Shown here: in pieces, positions 28,240 through 40,500 of the stretch
Numbering within the stretch: position 1 is the first letter of the stretch
Layout of the letters: each line of letters begins with the position of its first letter
The notes under the pieces: generated by a model
Seen by the model: the letters and a program-made list of their open reading frames with translations, nothing else
The model's database searches: none
What the model was told of the DNA's origin: nothing
NCBI GenBank assembly: GCA_036172245.1
Contig: JAYWIR010000015.1
Coordinates: 1,488,001 to 1,552,000 of the forward strand
Length of the DNA stretch: 64,000 nucleotides
Reading direction: 5' to 3'
Origin: Raillietiella orientalis
Taxonomy: Eukaryota
Position numbers and translations under genes: made by a program

Positions 28240-29620
28240 AAAAAATAAAACAAAATATACAGCTAAAAAAATGGGGGGTTCGGGGAGGGACCCCTGTGTA
28301 TTGGAGAGTGTCCTCTGCATCCTTGTAAGATGCCGGCAACTTCCTGTTTCAAGACTCTCAGATGGGACCATCTTGACGCCATTCTCATAAAGAGGACAGC
28401 AAAATAGATGGCGTCCCTGTCGTCCTGGCCTCCTCTGGCGTTGCTCCATGCGGCCACGACCCCGCGTAGGCAGCACAGTGCTGCCGCTAAGGATGCTGCC
28501 GGCGTGAGGGTGTCGCGCAGGAAGAGGCGCTTTACAATCTCGGGCTTGCCTCCGGGGGTTCCAAGAGTTTCAGCAAAGCGTCCCCAAAGAGGTCGGAGGG
28601 CGACACAGTCCACTAGTAGGTACGGGAGGGATTCCCGCTCCCCGCACCTGGCACGGTTCGGGTCCAATGATGCCGGTGGGCGTTGCACGAGAAACCCTAG
28701 TGCAGCATCAGTGCCGACTCCTGCCACTTTAAGGGGAGGGGGGGAGGTGTTCATGAGCACCGAGGGCCACTGCATGTCTTTCTCCGGAATACCCAGTAGC
28801 ACACCTCAGTACAAAAGTCCACGAGGTCGAGCAATCGGGGTCGCAAGGCGTCGGTGAGCTGGACCATCGTCCACTCGCCCAGTCCTTTCCTCCTTCCGGA
28901 GGTTTCCACGGTAACCTCCCATCTAGCCGTAAGGCTGCTGCCCATGTCCTCCCTAAGGGAGGGCAGCACGGCGGCAAGAGAGGTTCTGTTCGCCCACACA
29001 CTCTTCACGGAATCTTCCAGGATCTCCCGGATTATGCAGCTATAGTTGTCCGCGTACAGGAAACGTCGCACCTGTTCAGAGCTTGGCTCCTGGATCCTCG
29101 CCCACGTACGGTTTCCTGCAACCAGGCACTACCGTTCGCGGTAGCGGCACTGGGTGGAAACCGAATGGCTGTGCGGGAGTGGAAGTTGACCTTCCAGGGT
29201 CCCTTTCAGGACATCAAGGAACCCTTCGGGGTTGTTCCGCTTTGGCTGTGAAAATGGAGACACCCTCCATCGCGTATTATGTATCTGGTTGATACCTCCT
29301 TTGGGGGGTTGCCTCTCCAGAGTGCTAAGACCATTCTTAGCATTCTTCAAGATAGAGGATCGTCCCGGAAGCGGACCACCCTATGAATCCAGGAAGGCTT
29401 CAAAGGAAGGTGTCTGCTTTTTCTTACTCTTGGGAGGGAACCTCGAACCTTCCTGGATTCGTAGGGTGGTCCTCTCCCGGGGTGGGGTGGCTTCCTTACT
29501 TGAAGAGTCAGACGCTCCCTCGGGTAGTGTGGGCAGTGTTGAAGAGCTGCATGACCGCCTCCCCCCTCCCTCTAAGGCACGGCGAACGGTTCTTCGGCAC
29601 TCCTTGGTAACCAAAAAAAA
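28240..29620 (-). mobile_element. Decayed, internally deleted L1/Tx1-clade non-LTR retrotransposon
   Basis: The minus strand carries an RT catalytic remnant IQEPSSEQVRRFLYADN (YADD-like, about 29045-29095). Downstream is a decayed C-x2-C-x7-H-x4-C ORF2 zinc knuckle 'RARCGERESLPYLLVDC..LW' (about 28585-28655; Cys->Arg and His->Tyr are single transitions), then a T-rich 3' region. Frameshifts and stops are present. Confidence 0.7.
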
Positions 29621-31654
29621 GACCCTGGTCAGAGGAGGCAGCGGCCAGCGCGACTGCTGTCGATTCGAGCGGCAGCGCTGTCGAGCAAACGAGTTGGCGA
29701 CTTGCCAAAGGCGCACACCTCGGCCTTGGTGCACCGGCAGCCCCGTGCAAGCACGCGGCAGAGCGCTTGTCAGGAGCCTGCGAGAGAGTCGACCGAGACA
29801 GGACCGCTTCTTCCATCCGAGACCGGCCCTTCCCGGGAACAACGGGAACCGTCCACTGGCATGGTGATCCGTGCTCAAGGCTGGAGGCTGCAAGGCGTGC
29901 GGAGGGCTCGAGGCCTCCCTCCGTGCACTCGTGACCTCAGAGATCCAGAAGAGCTCTAGAAGGATCGTCGTATGTAAGCCGGGAGTATCGCATCTTCCCG
30001 GAAGCGTTGACTCACCTCGTTGCAAGTCCGTGTGATCCAGGCCGAATCGACCGCTTCGGCGCAGCTTTCCGCATCCCTTGAGCGGCATGCAAATCGCCCG
30101 CTCGTCCACTTCCCCTTTGCGCGTCGAAGACGCCTCGCCTGCAAGGCGACCGGAATCCTCCGTCCTTCCCTCTCTCCACGATGATTCGGAAGACATCGGA
30201 CGCGGATCCCCTCCGCGCTGCCGCTGTCGCCCTGGAAACCGATCAGAAGAATGCTTTGCTTTTCCGATGCCTTTCGGTTTTACTCCCTGGTCGAGTCTGG
30301 AACGAACGCGTGATCAAAGGAGTGGGTTTGTTTGCTTTTGGAGTTGGCGTGCTCTTTGTTCCTCGTGTCGACAGGTGTCCGCACATTCTGTCGCTTCCGT
30401 TAGCGGGCGCCCCCGCACCGTTGGTCTCTTCTTCCCGATGCTTTCGACGCAACGGGCGCTCCCTTTGATTTTGAATCTCGCGTTTCGAAAGGACTCTAGT
30501 CCACGACGACACACGTTTTCCGGGCCCCCGCCGAATCCGGTGCCTCTGCTGCGCGTAAGGCGTGTCCCTTTGACCAGAATCTCTCCGTTGGGAAATTAAT
30601 TGCGATGTTCCGAGTGACTTGACCTCCGCGATCGCAAGGTGAGGAAACCGCTTTTACGGCTTGCGGCCCGGAAATTCCTCCACCGCGGAGCAGGATCCTG
30701 GTTTTCTTGAGGCACGGACCTCGCTTTTTATAGCAGCGGCGCATCTGCCGTTCCTCACTTCAAGTATCTTCTGGCTGCGGGGAAAAATTAGGGCGAGTGA
30801 ACGCCCATGGAAACGTGAGGCGGTGGAGATGCGCTTCCTGGATGGCAGGCGCTCTAGAAGAAGAGCGGTTTTTGCCACGTGAGGTCGAAAGGCGTACCCG
30901 CCTTCCCTTTGTTTATGTCTTTGTTCATTCATTCTATTTTGTTGTTCCCTTTTCGAAACCAGGAACGCCTAGCAGGACGCGAGTCGGCATCGGCGGGTGT
31001 TCGTAGTTCGGAGCTCTCTCGCTAGATGGCCGGAAGAGAGATCCTTCGGAAAGGAATGCCTGGAATCCCGAGATTCCAGGCCTCGCGAGACAGGTAGCAG
31101 TTGAGTTAACAGTCAGTGATCAAGATGTCACATCTCATTCGCCCTTGTGCCTCCACGGGGTATTTCCAAAGTGGCTCCATCTGCACTCGCGGGATCCACA
31201 TAGCAGCCGAGGCGCTGCAATGGGTCAAGGTCCTGCGTTGGTGGCTCGCGCACCCGTTTCCTGACTCGTTTGAATCGCTGCTGGCAAATGGATTCTGCGG
31301 CGCTCACCCTCGGAAACTTTCATCCCGAAAATTTTGGCGTGGATAAACGAATTTCCCGCAGGAGGAAAACCTCACCCTTCCCCCGGTGTGTCGCTCTACT
31401 CGGGAAGATCACGGATCTCTTCAGAGATGGCAACGTTCTTCAGAAGAAGAAGAGGATCGGAGAACACTGATTTCCCGGGTGCACGCTGGTCCTGAGCATC
31501 GGGAGAGAGAGCGCGTTCCTCCACCTCTCGATCCTTTCCGCATGCGCCGGCGCGTTTTCCGCGCCCCCTGAATTTCCCGGGGCCCACAACGCGTGCGGGG
31601 GTCAGCAAGGCCTCGCAGGTGACGGGCCCGGACCGACCGCTTTTCCAAAGAAAC

Positions 31655-31835
31655 GTGGTCTCGTTCGCAGCTTCCGCGCGCGCGGCACCGAGCGTTACGG
31701 GTTCGAATCCCGCCCCTAGGAGGAAGCATCGGCGCCGAGAATGGAGAGGTGAGGTGGGGGTGCGTCGTGGGTTTCGAGTCCCTCCTCCGCCGTTCGTTGG
31801 TCTCTTCGGGTGCGGCGGCACCGGTGCAAGCCGGA
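31655..31835 (+). mobile_element. tRNA-derived SINE-like element, copy 2
   Basis: gcgcggcaccgagcgttacgGGTTCGAATCCcgccc (B-box 31700-31710) versus gcgtggcaccgagtgttgcgGGTTCGAACCCtgccc in copy 1. The downstream body gggtgcgtc.tg.gtttcga is also shared. Confidence 0.55.
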
Positions 31836-31839
31836 TACC

Positions 31840-32290
31840 CCTGCTGAATGGCCGGGATTGTGGAAGTTGGTCCTCCGGGTCCCTTCCAGGACATCAAGGA
31901 GTCCTTCGGGGTTGTTCCCTTCCGGTCGTGAAAATGGAGCCACCCTCCATCGCGCATCATGAAATGGTCGATGCCTTTCTCGAGGAGAGGGCTGCTTCTC
32001 CGGAGTGGCGAGAAGCTCGCTGTTCCCTTCGGGGAGCGACCTTCCAGAGAAATAGCGAAGCGTCCCTTCGGGGTCCCTTTCAAAAGAGGAGACAAGGACC
32101 GGTTCCCTAGCGGGTTCCCCTCTAGAGAAGAAATTCCTGGAGCGGTTCCCACAAACTGGGAGGTCCCTCCAGAGGAGAACAAGGAAGAGGAGGTTCCTTT
32201 CGGGGTTGCCTTCCCGAACGTAAGAAGGGACTCCTTCCTCCTAAGCCTTCCTGGATTCACAGGGTATTCCTCTTCTGGGGTATCCCTAGC
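31840..32290 (-). mobile_element. Second fragment of the same L1/Tx1-like family
   Basis: 31845-31975 clearly aligns with 29162-29297 (caggacatcaagga..ccttcggggttgttcc....gtgaaaatggag.caccctccatcgcg). 32245-32280 aligns with 29448-29482 (ccttcctggattc..agggt). Confidence 0.65.
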
Positions 32291-35159
32291 TCTTGAGGGG
32301 TAGCACGTACCCTTGGTGACGTGGATGATGTTCAAGGAGTTTCGTGAGTCCCCCGTTAGGAGGCGGGAGGTTCTTCAGCACTCTGCGAACCAGAAAAAAA
32401 AGGGGGTAAAAAAAAAAAAAAGCTCTGGAAGGAAAGAAACAGCAAGGATTTCTGTCATCCTGGGCCCCAGAAAATGACTCCCATCTCCCAGTGAGATCGC
32501 CACTGGCCTTAAAAAAAAATTCCTCTGTTCCCTTGGGAAACTCGAAAGGGAACCTCCTGTTTGCGCGGGAGACCGGGGTGGGTCTAGGCGGACCCCGGAA
32601 AAAAAAAAATCCTGGCTTCTTCCCGATTCGCCTCCTTTCGCCACCGCCAGCGGTCGCTCCCCCTACGGAAGCTCCCTGCAGCGGCGGCAGTGGCGACCGC
32701 ATCCCGACACACTTTGCCTCAAAAAAAAAAAAGAAAAAAAAAAAAAAGGGGGGGGGGGAGGTAAGGAAACGCTCCCGCGGTCTCGCTCCGTGTCCGCTGT
32801 CCGTCTGAGAGAGGTCATCCCGCGAAGTTCTGGTTCGGATCGAAATGTGGTCAGCTCCGAAGGATTCACGAGCGCGGCATCGGCTGAGCGGCGGCGGTTC
32901 GGTCCAGTTGCCTCGCGCGCGTGCGCAACACTCGGCTGATCACGGGGAGACGGAGGAATGCGGAAGAGGGTCGGCTCCGGGAACCAGGCTGAGCGGGAAC
33001 CGCGAAAGTTCGGCGGGATGGCATCGCTAAGGCGAAGACCTCAGAGGCGCCGTCGCGCAGTGAGTCGGGATTGCGGGTCGTCTTGCCAGGTCCGCGCTCC
33101 CCGAGCGACCGTTGCTGGGAGGGACCTTCTCCGGAACGTGGGGAGACTGCAATCTGAAAGGTAGTGGGAGCGGAAGGAAATTTCCCCGGGCGTCCGCGCG
33201 CTCCGCGCGCGCAGAGAACCCTTGGGGTCTCCAGCATCCCATCCTTCCTCGGGGAGGAGGAAGATCGAAAATTGGATGGCCGCAGATGCAACCCAACAAG
33301 AAAAATCCTCACCCTCTCGACGGGTTCGATTTAGGTGAAGCTCCGCCCCCCATCTCTCTCTCGCTCTCTCTCTCCTCGGCCTCAAGGCCAGCGACATCTC
33401 CCGTCGAAACTCCACACTACATGCTAACGGAGTCGCCTCCTCTCCCTTGGGGCGCTGCCGCCGCTTCCACGTTCTCGTTTGAGCGTGGGGTTTCCCTCTC
33501 GCATGGCCTCTCCTCCGTTCCTTGAACCACCGGTGCGCAAAAACGCCTAACTATCCCGACTCTCTGCGTCGGAGTCGACTTTGTCCGGTCTGGGACACGG
33601 CATGACTAGGAATTATCAGAGCCGAACGGGGCCCCAGGTCACGTCCGCCATTATCTGATTACTCGTAATGATGGGGTGGAACGGCCTCTTCGCGGATGCC
33701 CACCGTTCGTGTTACTCCGCGTTCTCTTCCTTCCCGGATCGCCTGCCCGTTCCGCTCACTCCCCGCGCTCGATCCGCCTTCGCCGCTACGGAGCGCGCAG
33801 CAGAGGCGCCACGTCGGCACGGGAGCGGTGCGGCACGGGCGCTTCTGGACTCGCCCCGGGACGCGCGCGCCGAGGAAGGGCTTTCCGGGAGCTTCCGAGC
33901 CCCCGCCAAACCTCCGCCGCTCCGGAAGTTCCTTCCCGACCGGCGCGCACAGGAGCTGCTCCCTGCGGCGCCGCCACTCTTCCTCTTCCTCGCGGTGTCC
34001 CCCCCCTTCTTCCGAGGTGTGGCGCGGTGCCGACTTTTCCCGGCCACTCCGTTCGCGTGCGCGCCTCGCAGACTGCCGGCTCCGCCGCGCCTGGAGATGT
34101 CCGCCTTTCACGCCCTCCGGGGACGAGATCGCTGCGAGCCCCGTCGCCGCCGCCTCCTCTCCCGCGCCTGCGGTCGCCATCGCCTTTCTTCTTCTCCCCT
34201 CCCCTCCTCCTCTTCCTCCTTTGTTTGTTTGTGTTGCCTCCCATCGTGCAGAGCGGATAATGCCGGAGTCTCCTCTCCCCCCCTCCCCCCTCTTCTACCG
34301 GCAGGCCCGAGGCGTCTCGGGGCGAAACGCCTTCCTGCAAGCGCAGGCAAAGCTCCCGGAGCGCGAGCGTCCGTCCGTCCGCCCGCCGAAGAGGCCAGCA
34401 ACAGCGCGGATGGAAGAGCGCGCGCGGCACCTCCGCGGGCGGAGGGCGTCTTCGCCACCACCGGCGGGTTCGTCGCCCTGCGCGTCCCCGCCCGGTCGCC
34501 CTGCGAGCCCGAGGCGGCGGCGGCTGGCGCCCGTCGGCCTCTCCGGCGCGCCCTCGCCCCCCGCCTGTGGCGCTTCCGGGTTGCGGCGGTGCAGTCCGCT
34601 CCGGATGATGATCTCTTCCTCCGTCGTGTTCTCTCTCGCGGGAGGCGCGCGGGTCGTCGTCGTCGTCGTTATGGTTACGCTCGTGCGAACTCCCCGCTCC
34701 AGCCAGGAATCAGCAAGCGGAGAGAAGCGGGGAAGGAGGCGAACGACGACGAAGCAGGGACTTGGCGGACGCCCGCTTTGGAGTTTGCTCGGCGCGCGCA
34801 CTGCTCCTCCCCCTCCCAACTTCTCTTCGGAAAGAGGGGGAGAGGGCACGACCAGGATGCGAGCACGCGGGATTTCCCTCCTCGGTTCCCTCAAGGTCAC
34901 CCTTTCGCCGAAGCCCCTCTGAGAATGCCGGCCGGCCGCCGCAGGCTGACGAAAGGGAAGGGGGGGGGGGGGTGGAGAAGTCCGACGAGGTTGCCACGCG
35001 GCCTGCGGGGGTCGCCGACAGACTGCTCCTCGCTGCCGGCCCGCGAAAGGGGCCGGTGACAGGTGGAAGCGGGCGGCCAGCAGCAAAAAGCGCGCGCACC
35101 CTCCCTGGTCACGAGCGACCCGCGCGCGCGATTCCGCCGCTCTTCGCCGGCGGATCGCT

Positions 35160-35270
35160 GCCCGATATCTCGATAGAGCATCCTCTCGGAAAACCGAAAT
35201 CGGTCCGGAGCCGCTGTTGGACCAGTCTCGAAGTAGGACTTATGCGCCCGTTGCCACGGCGACGGCGGCT
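35160..35270. repeat. Dispersed repeat copy, direct partner at about 39310-39410
   Basis: cgctgttggaccagtctcgaagtaggacttatgcgcccgttgccacggcgacgg versus cgctgctggaccagtctcgagcaggactgcgcccgttgccgtggcgacgg. Confidence 0.65.
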
Positions 35271-38200
35271 TCGGCCTCGCCTCCGACGTGCACGTCTAGT
35301 CGGGGGCCGCCGTGCGCAGCGCGGGGACCCTGAGTAACGGCCGGCGTGACTTCGAGGAGGCATCGCGAGCTCGGAACGCCGCTGCCGGCTGCTCTTTGTC
35401 TCTCCTTCTCTCTCTCCCTTCCGTTGCCTAGCAATGGAGGAGCACGGGCGCGCGCTTTTTCGGAGATGCGTTTCCGGGTCTCTGCGCTGCCACCCGCACG
35501 CTAAGCGCGCGCCCGGCCACCATTTTCTCTCGAGGAGCCAGCGGTGCAAAACAAGAAAAAAATTTTTTTCCCCCTCTCTTCTTGGGGAAGGGGGGGGGGA
35601 AGGGTTCCGTTTCGAGTCCCCATTTGTAAATGGAGACGAAGGACGAGAAGCGGCCGTCGGTCACTCGGACCCGGTTGCCCCCCCCCCTCCCGGCTTTCCC
35701 TGCTTCTCGGAACGCCCCGAACGTGGGGACGCTGGCCGCATCCCGCGCCGATCGAGTGGGCTGCCTCGGGACAGGAGGGCGGTTCCCTCCTGCCGCCCTT
35801 CTCGGGATAATTGCTGGAGGGGTGCGGAGCCTGCAGAGCCGCTGCTCGACAGCTACAGCGCCCCTTCCCCCTTCACTCGACGACGGTGGGGCGTCCCAAT
35901 GCGGGGACCTGGAGGCGAACTCCCGAGCGCATCCCCCGCCGCGCGGACTCGCCGGGTGCGGAAGACGGGCGTTCCTTGCCCCTCCCGTCCCGCGCGGGGT
36001 ACGGTCGCTCGAACCGGGTAGCCGCCTCGGTGGGTGGGGCCTTGGAAGGACGGGACCCATCCCGGGTCCAGGAGGCCTGCAGTAAGGAGGGTCATTGGGG
36101 CACCATTGCGGGGGTCGCCCAGTGAGGGCACCACGCTGTGGAGACGACGGGAGGAGAGCGAGGCAGCCCTTCCCCCTCCTCCCTTCGTCCCGTCCCCGAG
36201 ATCTGGACCACGGGTCTGCGCGACTCGCGTCCTGGAGAGGGGTCGGAGGGCGCGCCCTCTGGTCGGCTCCTAGCCTCCCTACGGGGCGGCAGCCTCCTCT
36301 GCGTGCAGCTGGGAGGCCACGGGAAGCGCTGCGTTCCCCTTGCATGGGTTGCGCGGGACTGAGGGCGGGTCAGGACGCCCCTCACTCCGTGAGGCTCCCC
36401 TCCCGCCTCTCCCCTTTCGACTGCCCTCCTCATCCTGGGACCGCTCTCCCCCAAATCAATGAAATTCCAGGAGGGCGAGCGGCGCGTCATTAAGCCCTTG
36501 GCGGGGCACACCCTGAGGGGAGCGGAGGGGGAGTGAGTCGAGGCGGACGCGCAGTGACACGACATCGTACGCGGCCCCGTGCGCTTCTTCACTCTCCCTG
36601 ACCTCGCGGGCGAAGCTCCCGGGAGCTGGCTTCCTCTTCTGCGCGAGGAGTGCCCGGGAGTGAGGGAAGAACTGGGCGTCCAGAACGCCCTGTGGCTACC
36701 GCTAGGGGGCGAGCGGGGACTCCCCGCAAGACGCGCCAGCCCGGCACCCTCGTCAGAGCGATCTGAAAGTCGAAGAGGCGCCCCCCCCTCCCCCTCGAGG
36801 CCCCGCAGCTCCTCCTCGATGGAGAGGCAGATCCGGAGCTTCCCTCCGGACGACTCCCGAGGGGCGTCGTCCCTGCGGCGCGCCTTCACGACCGCCGTGG
36901 ACCCTCCCCCTCCAGAGTCACCCTTGCGGGGCCAAGCGGTTCCCTGGAAACAGCCTCGTCTTCGAGCGAGACATCAAGATGATGACAGGCAGGTCACAGA
37001 GGGGGAGGGAGGAAGCGCCAGTCGGGAAGCCCGCGACCCCGAAGCTTCCCTCTCGGCCTCACCCGAACAGCGGCACCGGCACGCCTCCGGTGTCTGCTCG
37101 GTGCCGCCGCTTCCTCCCCACCCACATGCGACCCCGCAACCGGAAGCGGAAAATCCGGGGTTTCTGCCTGCCTGGAGGCAATCTTTGTGGGCGGAAACCC
37201 TGAACCATCAACCCCTTTCGCCGACGGGTGGACAGTGGGGAGACCGATCCTAGGAGTGAGCGGAAGGTGACCCGACCTACCGTGCGATGGCCCGGGAAGC
37301 TGCGCCTACGGACTCTGCTCAGGACCCATGAAGCCATGGGAACGGTGCCATCTCGAAAGATGGAAGGATGAGGTGGCATCTGAGAAGAAGCGTCCTCCCT
37401 ACCCGGCTTTCCTTCGAAGCGGGAGCATCTCCGCAAGACCACCCAAAGGAACTCCGGGACTTCGGGCTTGCCGCCGGAGGCGCGACTAGCGCGCCGCCGC
37501 AAGATGGCGGGAGCTCCTCCGCGCGCGTGCTGCTGGGAGGCTCTGGGCTGGGTCATCAGCACCCCGACTCCCTGACGATGCCCTCAGGGAGGACCTCTGG
37601 GTCTTCTTTCGCTGGCCTCTTCGGCCTCTTCTTCGGCCACGCCCTCGGCGCGGGCAGCGGCAGCGGCCGAGAGAGAAGCCGCCCCCTGCTGCCTCACCTC
37701 TCTCCGCCTCGGCTGCCTTTCGCTAAGGAGGGGGGGAGGGACGGCATCCCCCCACTTTCCCAGGGGGACTCTACCCCCGCACAGCTGCCGGGGATACTGA
37801 ACGGACTTCTGCTGACTCGCCCAGCAGCGAGCAGCCCCCTCTCCCCAATCTCGTGCCTCAGCATCCAGGCAGCTCGCTCCCGGATCGGGGCTCAGCCGGC
37901 GCCCTCCTTCCGGCCTCTCCTGGGCCGCAGGGAGTCGGGAAGCTGCCCGGATTCAGCCTGCCGGGAGGGGGGGTCGCCGACAGCGTCTGCTTGCGAGAAG
38001 CACCGGAGTCAGTTCACTCGCCTTCCTTCCCCGCTTGCCACAAGGAAACGCCCGGAGGCAATCTTTGCGTCCCGGCACTCTGGACCGTTCGTCCGGGATA
38101 AGCAAGGAAAACGTGGCACGTTCAGGAGGGCAAGAAAACGGCGTTTCCATGGATCCCAGCCTCTTTTCCGCGTCTGCATCCCCAGATTGCCAGGAGGGCT

Positions 38201-39309
38201 CCTTGTCAATGTCCGACCCTGCCCCTCCCACCCACGCCCCGCGGTCCACCACAGCAGGATCGAAGGGGGGAATCCGATCGCGGAAGCTTTCGAACCCACG
38301 CCCTCGGGTCCACCGGCCGGCTCCGCCTGCAACGTTCAGTCGGATGTCAGGTCGGCATGGCAACTCCGAGCTGCTCTTCCAAGAGAACACCCCTCCCGGG
38401 GCGGGCGCCCCGAGAAGAACTGGAGCGTCCCGCGATTCCCCTCGGGCGATCCGCCCACCCATGCATCGGAGTCTTCCTGCAGCTGACGACAGAGACCAGG
38501 GGGAGGGGGAGAGTCCTCTCCTGTGGGTCGCGTCGCCCCCCCGACGCTGGTGGCAGGCAATGAGACCCCCCTCCCTCCTGCTTCTCGGCGGTAACCTCCC
38601 TCTTCAGGAGGGGGAAGGCGAAACCCACCAGTCTCCTGCGAGGGATGCGGATCGTCGGGGAATCCTCGCCTTCGTCTTGTCCTTTCTTCCTCCTTTCGTT
38701 CGTCTCCATCGCAGCGACTGTCCTGGTATGACCCGGACGTCGCGCGCGTCCGTATGGGGCTCCGAGACGGGTTTCGCTGCGCAGCAGCACCGCTCGCCGG
38801 TCCCCCCCTTCCCCCCCGTCGGGGGTGCCCCGTCACGCGGAGGGGCGACGTGGGTATTCTCCCCTTCCTTCTTCGTCCGGACCGCTGCGGTGTGGGTGTG
38901 CGCGAGGGGCGCGCAGCGTGCGTCATCCTCGGACGGCCACCGCGTCCGGGGACCGGACGTGACCCGTGACCACGGAGGAGGGTGCGGACCTCTCCTGGAA
39001 GCGGTGGGCCGCCGCTCACACCGCGCTCTCCTGATGAGCGCGTTCCTCCCCTCCTCTGCCCTCCTCCCGCGTTCCCCGTAAGTCAGGTCGCGCCAGTCGA
39101 TCTCCAGGTCGCCCAGGGAGGCTGGTCCGGGCGCAGCGAGTAGCGCTTCTTCCCCACGCAGGCTGAGGCAGTAATTTCAAGATGGAGCGGTGTGTTCTGT
39201 CTCTTTCAGAGTCCCCGCGATCCCGCGGGACTGCGCGCAAAGACGCTGAAGTCGCAGAGGAGGTCAAGTACTCCGGCCCTGAAGGTAGGTGGGCCCGGCG
39301 GATTCGGCG

Positions 39310-39410
39310 GACAGATCGTTCTAGTGCATCCTCCCGGGGAGCCGGAATCGCTGCTGGACCAGTCTCGAGCAGGACTGCGCCCGTTGCCGTGGCGACGGTT
39401 GCGATCTCTT
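39310..39410. repeat. Dispersed repeat copy, direct partner at about 35160-35270
   Basis: See the partner. The adjacent ccggccctgaaggt also recurs at about 40562. Confidence 0.65.
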
Positions 39411-39959
39411 CCGGGGAGGTCCTCTGAAGAGCGGCGGCGCGGCTGCCTGCTTTCCTCGTCCTTCCAGGGTCAGCCTGGAGTTGCGGCTTGAGCTCTTCTC
39501 CTCAGGGGGGAGACCGAAGGGGGGATCCAACTGAGGGCGGATGTCTGGGGGAGACGACTTCCCGCCGCCTCCGCGAGCTGCTCTTGGCGACGCGGAGTCG
39601 GCGGCCACCCACATCACTATGCCGTTGTGTGGATACTCGAGGGATGCTGCCATTGGCGGCCGAGGGTCTCGCCGCCGCCTTCCCCGGCGGAGCTCAAGAG
39701 ATGCCTCGAGGCAAAACCTCGGAAACTGCTGGCGGGGTCTCGTCCTCCGGACGACGCCCCTCTATCCGGCCGTGGCGGGCGCTGACGACGCTGACCGGGA
39801 GCAGTGCTGTGCGCCTCCCCCCTCCCCCTTCGCATCTGCTCAAGTGAGGGACGCCGCGAAGTCCAGATCGGAGAGACCGGATCGGCCTTCCCGCTTTCAC
39901 ACTTCACACCAGGCGTCCCTGTGCCCCTAGACATCCCGGCGAGGCGCCGTTCCGCTTCA

Positions 39960-40500
39960 CCTACTAGAGCCCTACGGCACGGTGCTCGTGGTTCTTCCTC
40001 CACCCACGGAGCAACTTCTACACCTCGCACTTGTTCAAGAGGTCGACCCCTTTCTTCCTCTGAGTCCATGCATGCAGCGGCTTGACCCCTGGCATTGCAC
40101 GGCTTCCCCCCAACCCCCTCTTCCCTGCCTCCGGCTCAGTACGAAGCCCGAGGCAACTCTGATGGAGGACCCGCAGTGCAAATGGGTCCACAGAGCTGGG
40201 GGTAGGAACGGAAGGCGAACCGGGCTGTTTCGTAGGGCTTGCACTGGTTCCTTCCGAAGTTTTACCCAGGGTAGCCGAAGAGGGAGGATGGGAAAGGGAT
40301 CTCGTCCCGTAAGGCGGATGCCCTCTGATCGAAATGACCTCGATCTGTCCTCACACGTCAGATGGACGAGGTGTCCGGCTCGCCTGAAGCCCGGATCCAT
40401 CAAGGCCCCAGCGGACCCGTTTTGGTAGGCAGGACTGGCGCTGCAGGATGAGACGAACTCCGGGTCGCGGAGTCCCGAGCAACGCTCGTAAGATACCGCG
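39960..40500 (-). mobile_element. Decayed ORF1 (RRM + zinc-knuckle, gag-like) of an L1/Tx1-type element
   Basis: Minus frame HLVHLTCEDR...EGIRLTGRDPFPILPLRLPWV...VRLPFLP resembles the Tx1-type ORF1 RRM region and is followed by Cys-rich ARCRSC. Pattern recognition only. Confidence 0.4.

Noticed and set aside
29160..29290. Gypsy integrase GPY/F-like reading (..WKGPWKV)
   Set aside because: No integrase core or LTRs nearby. The flanking YADD-like and zinc-knuckle motifs favour a non-LTR element.
33668..35059. 463-aa and 408-aa overlapping ORFs, and similar long ORFs at 22.8, 24.1, 37.4, 38.0 and 42.5 kb
   Set aside because: Arg/Pro/Ala/Gly-rich and open in several frames at once. This is expected from stop-codon scarcity in very GC-rich DNA, and no domains are recognisable.
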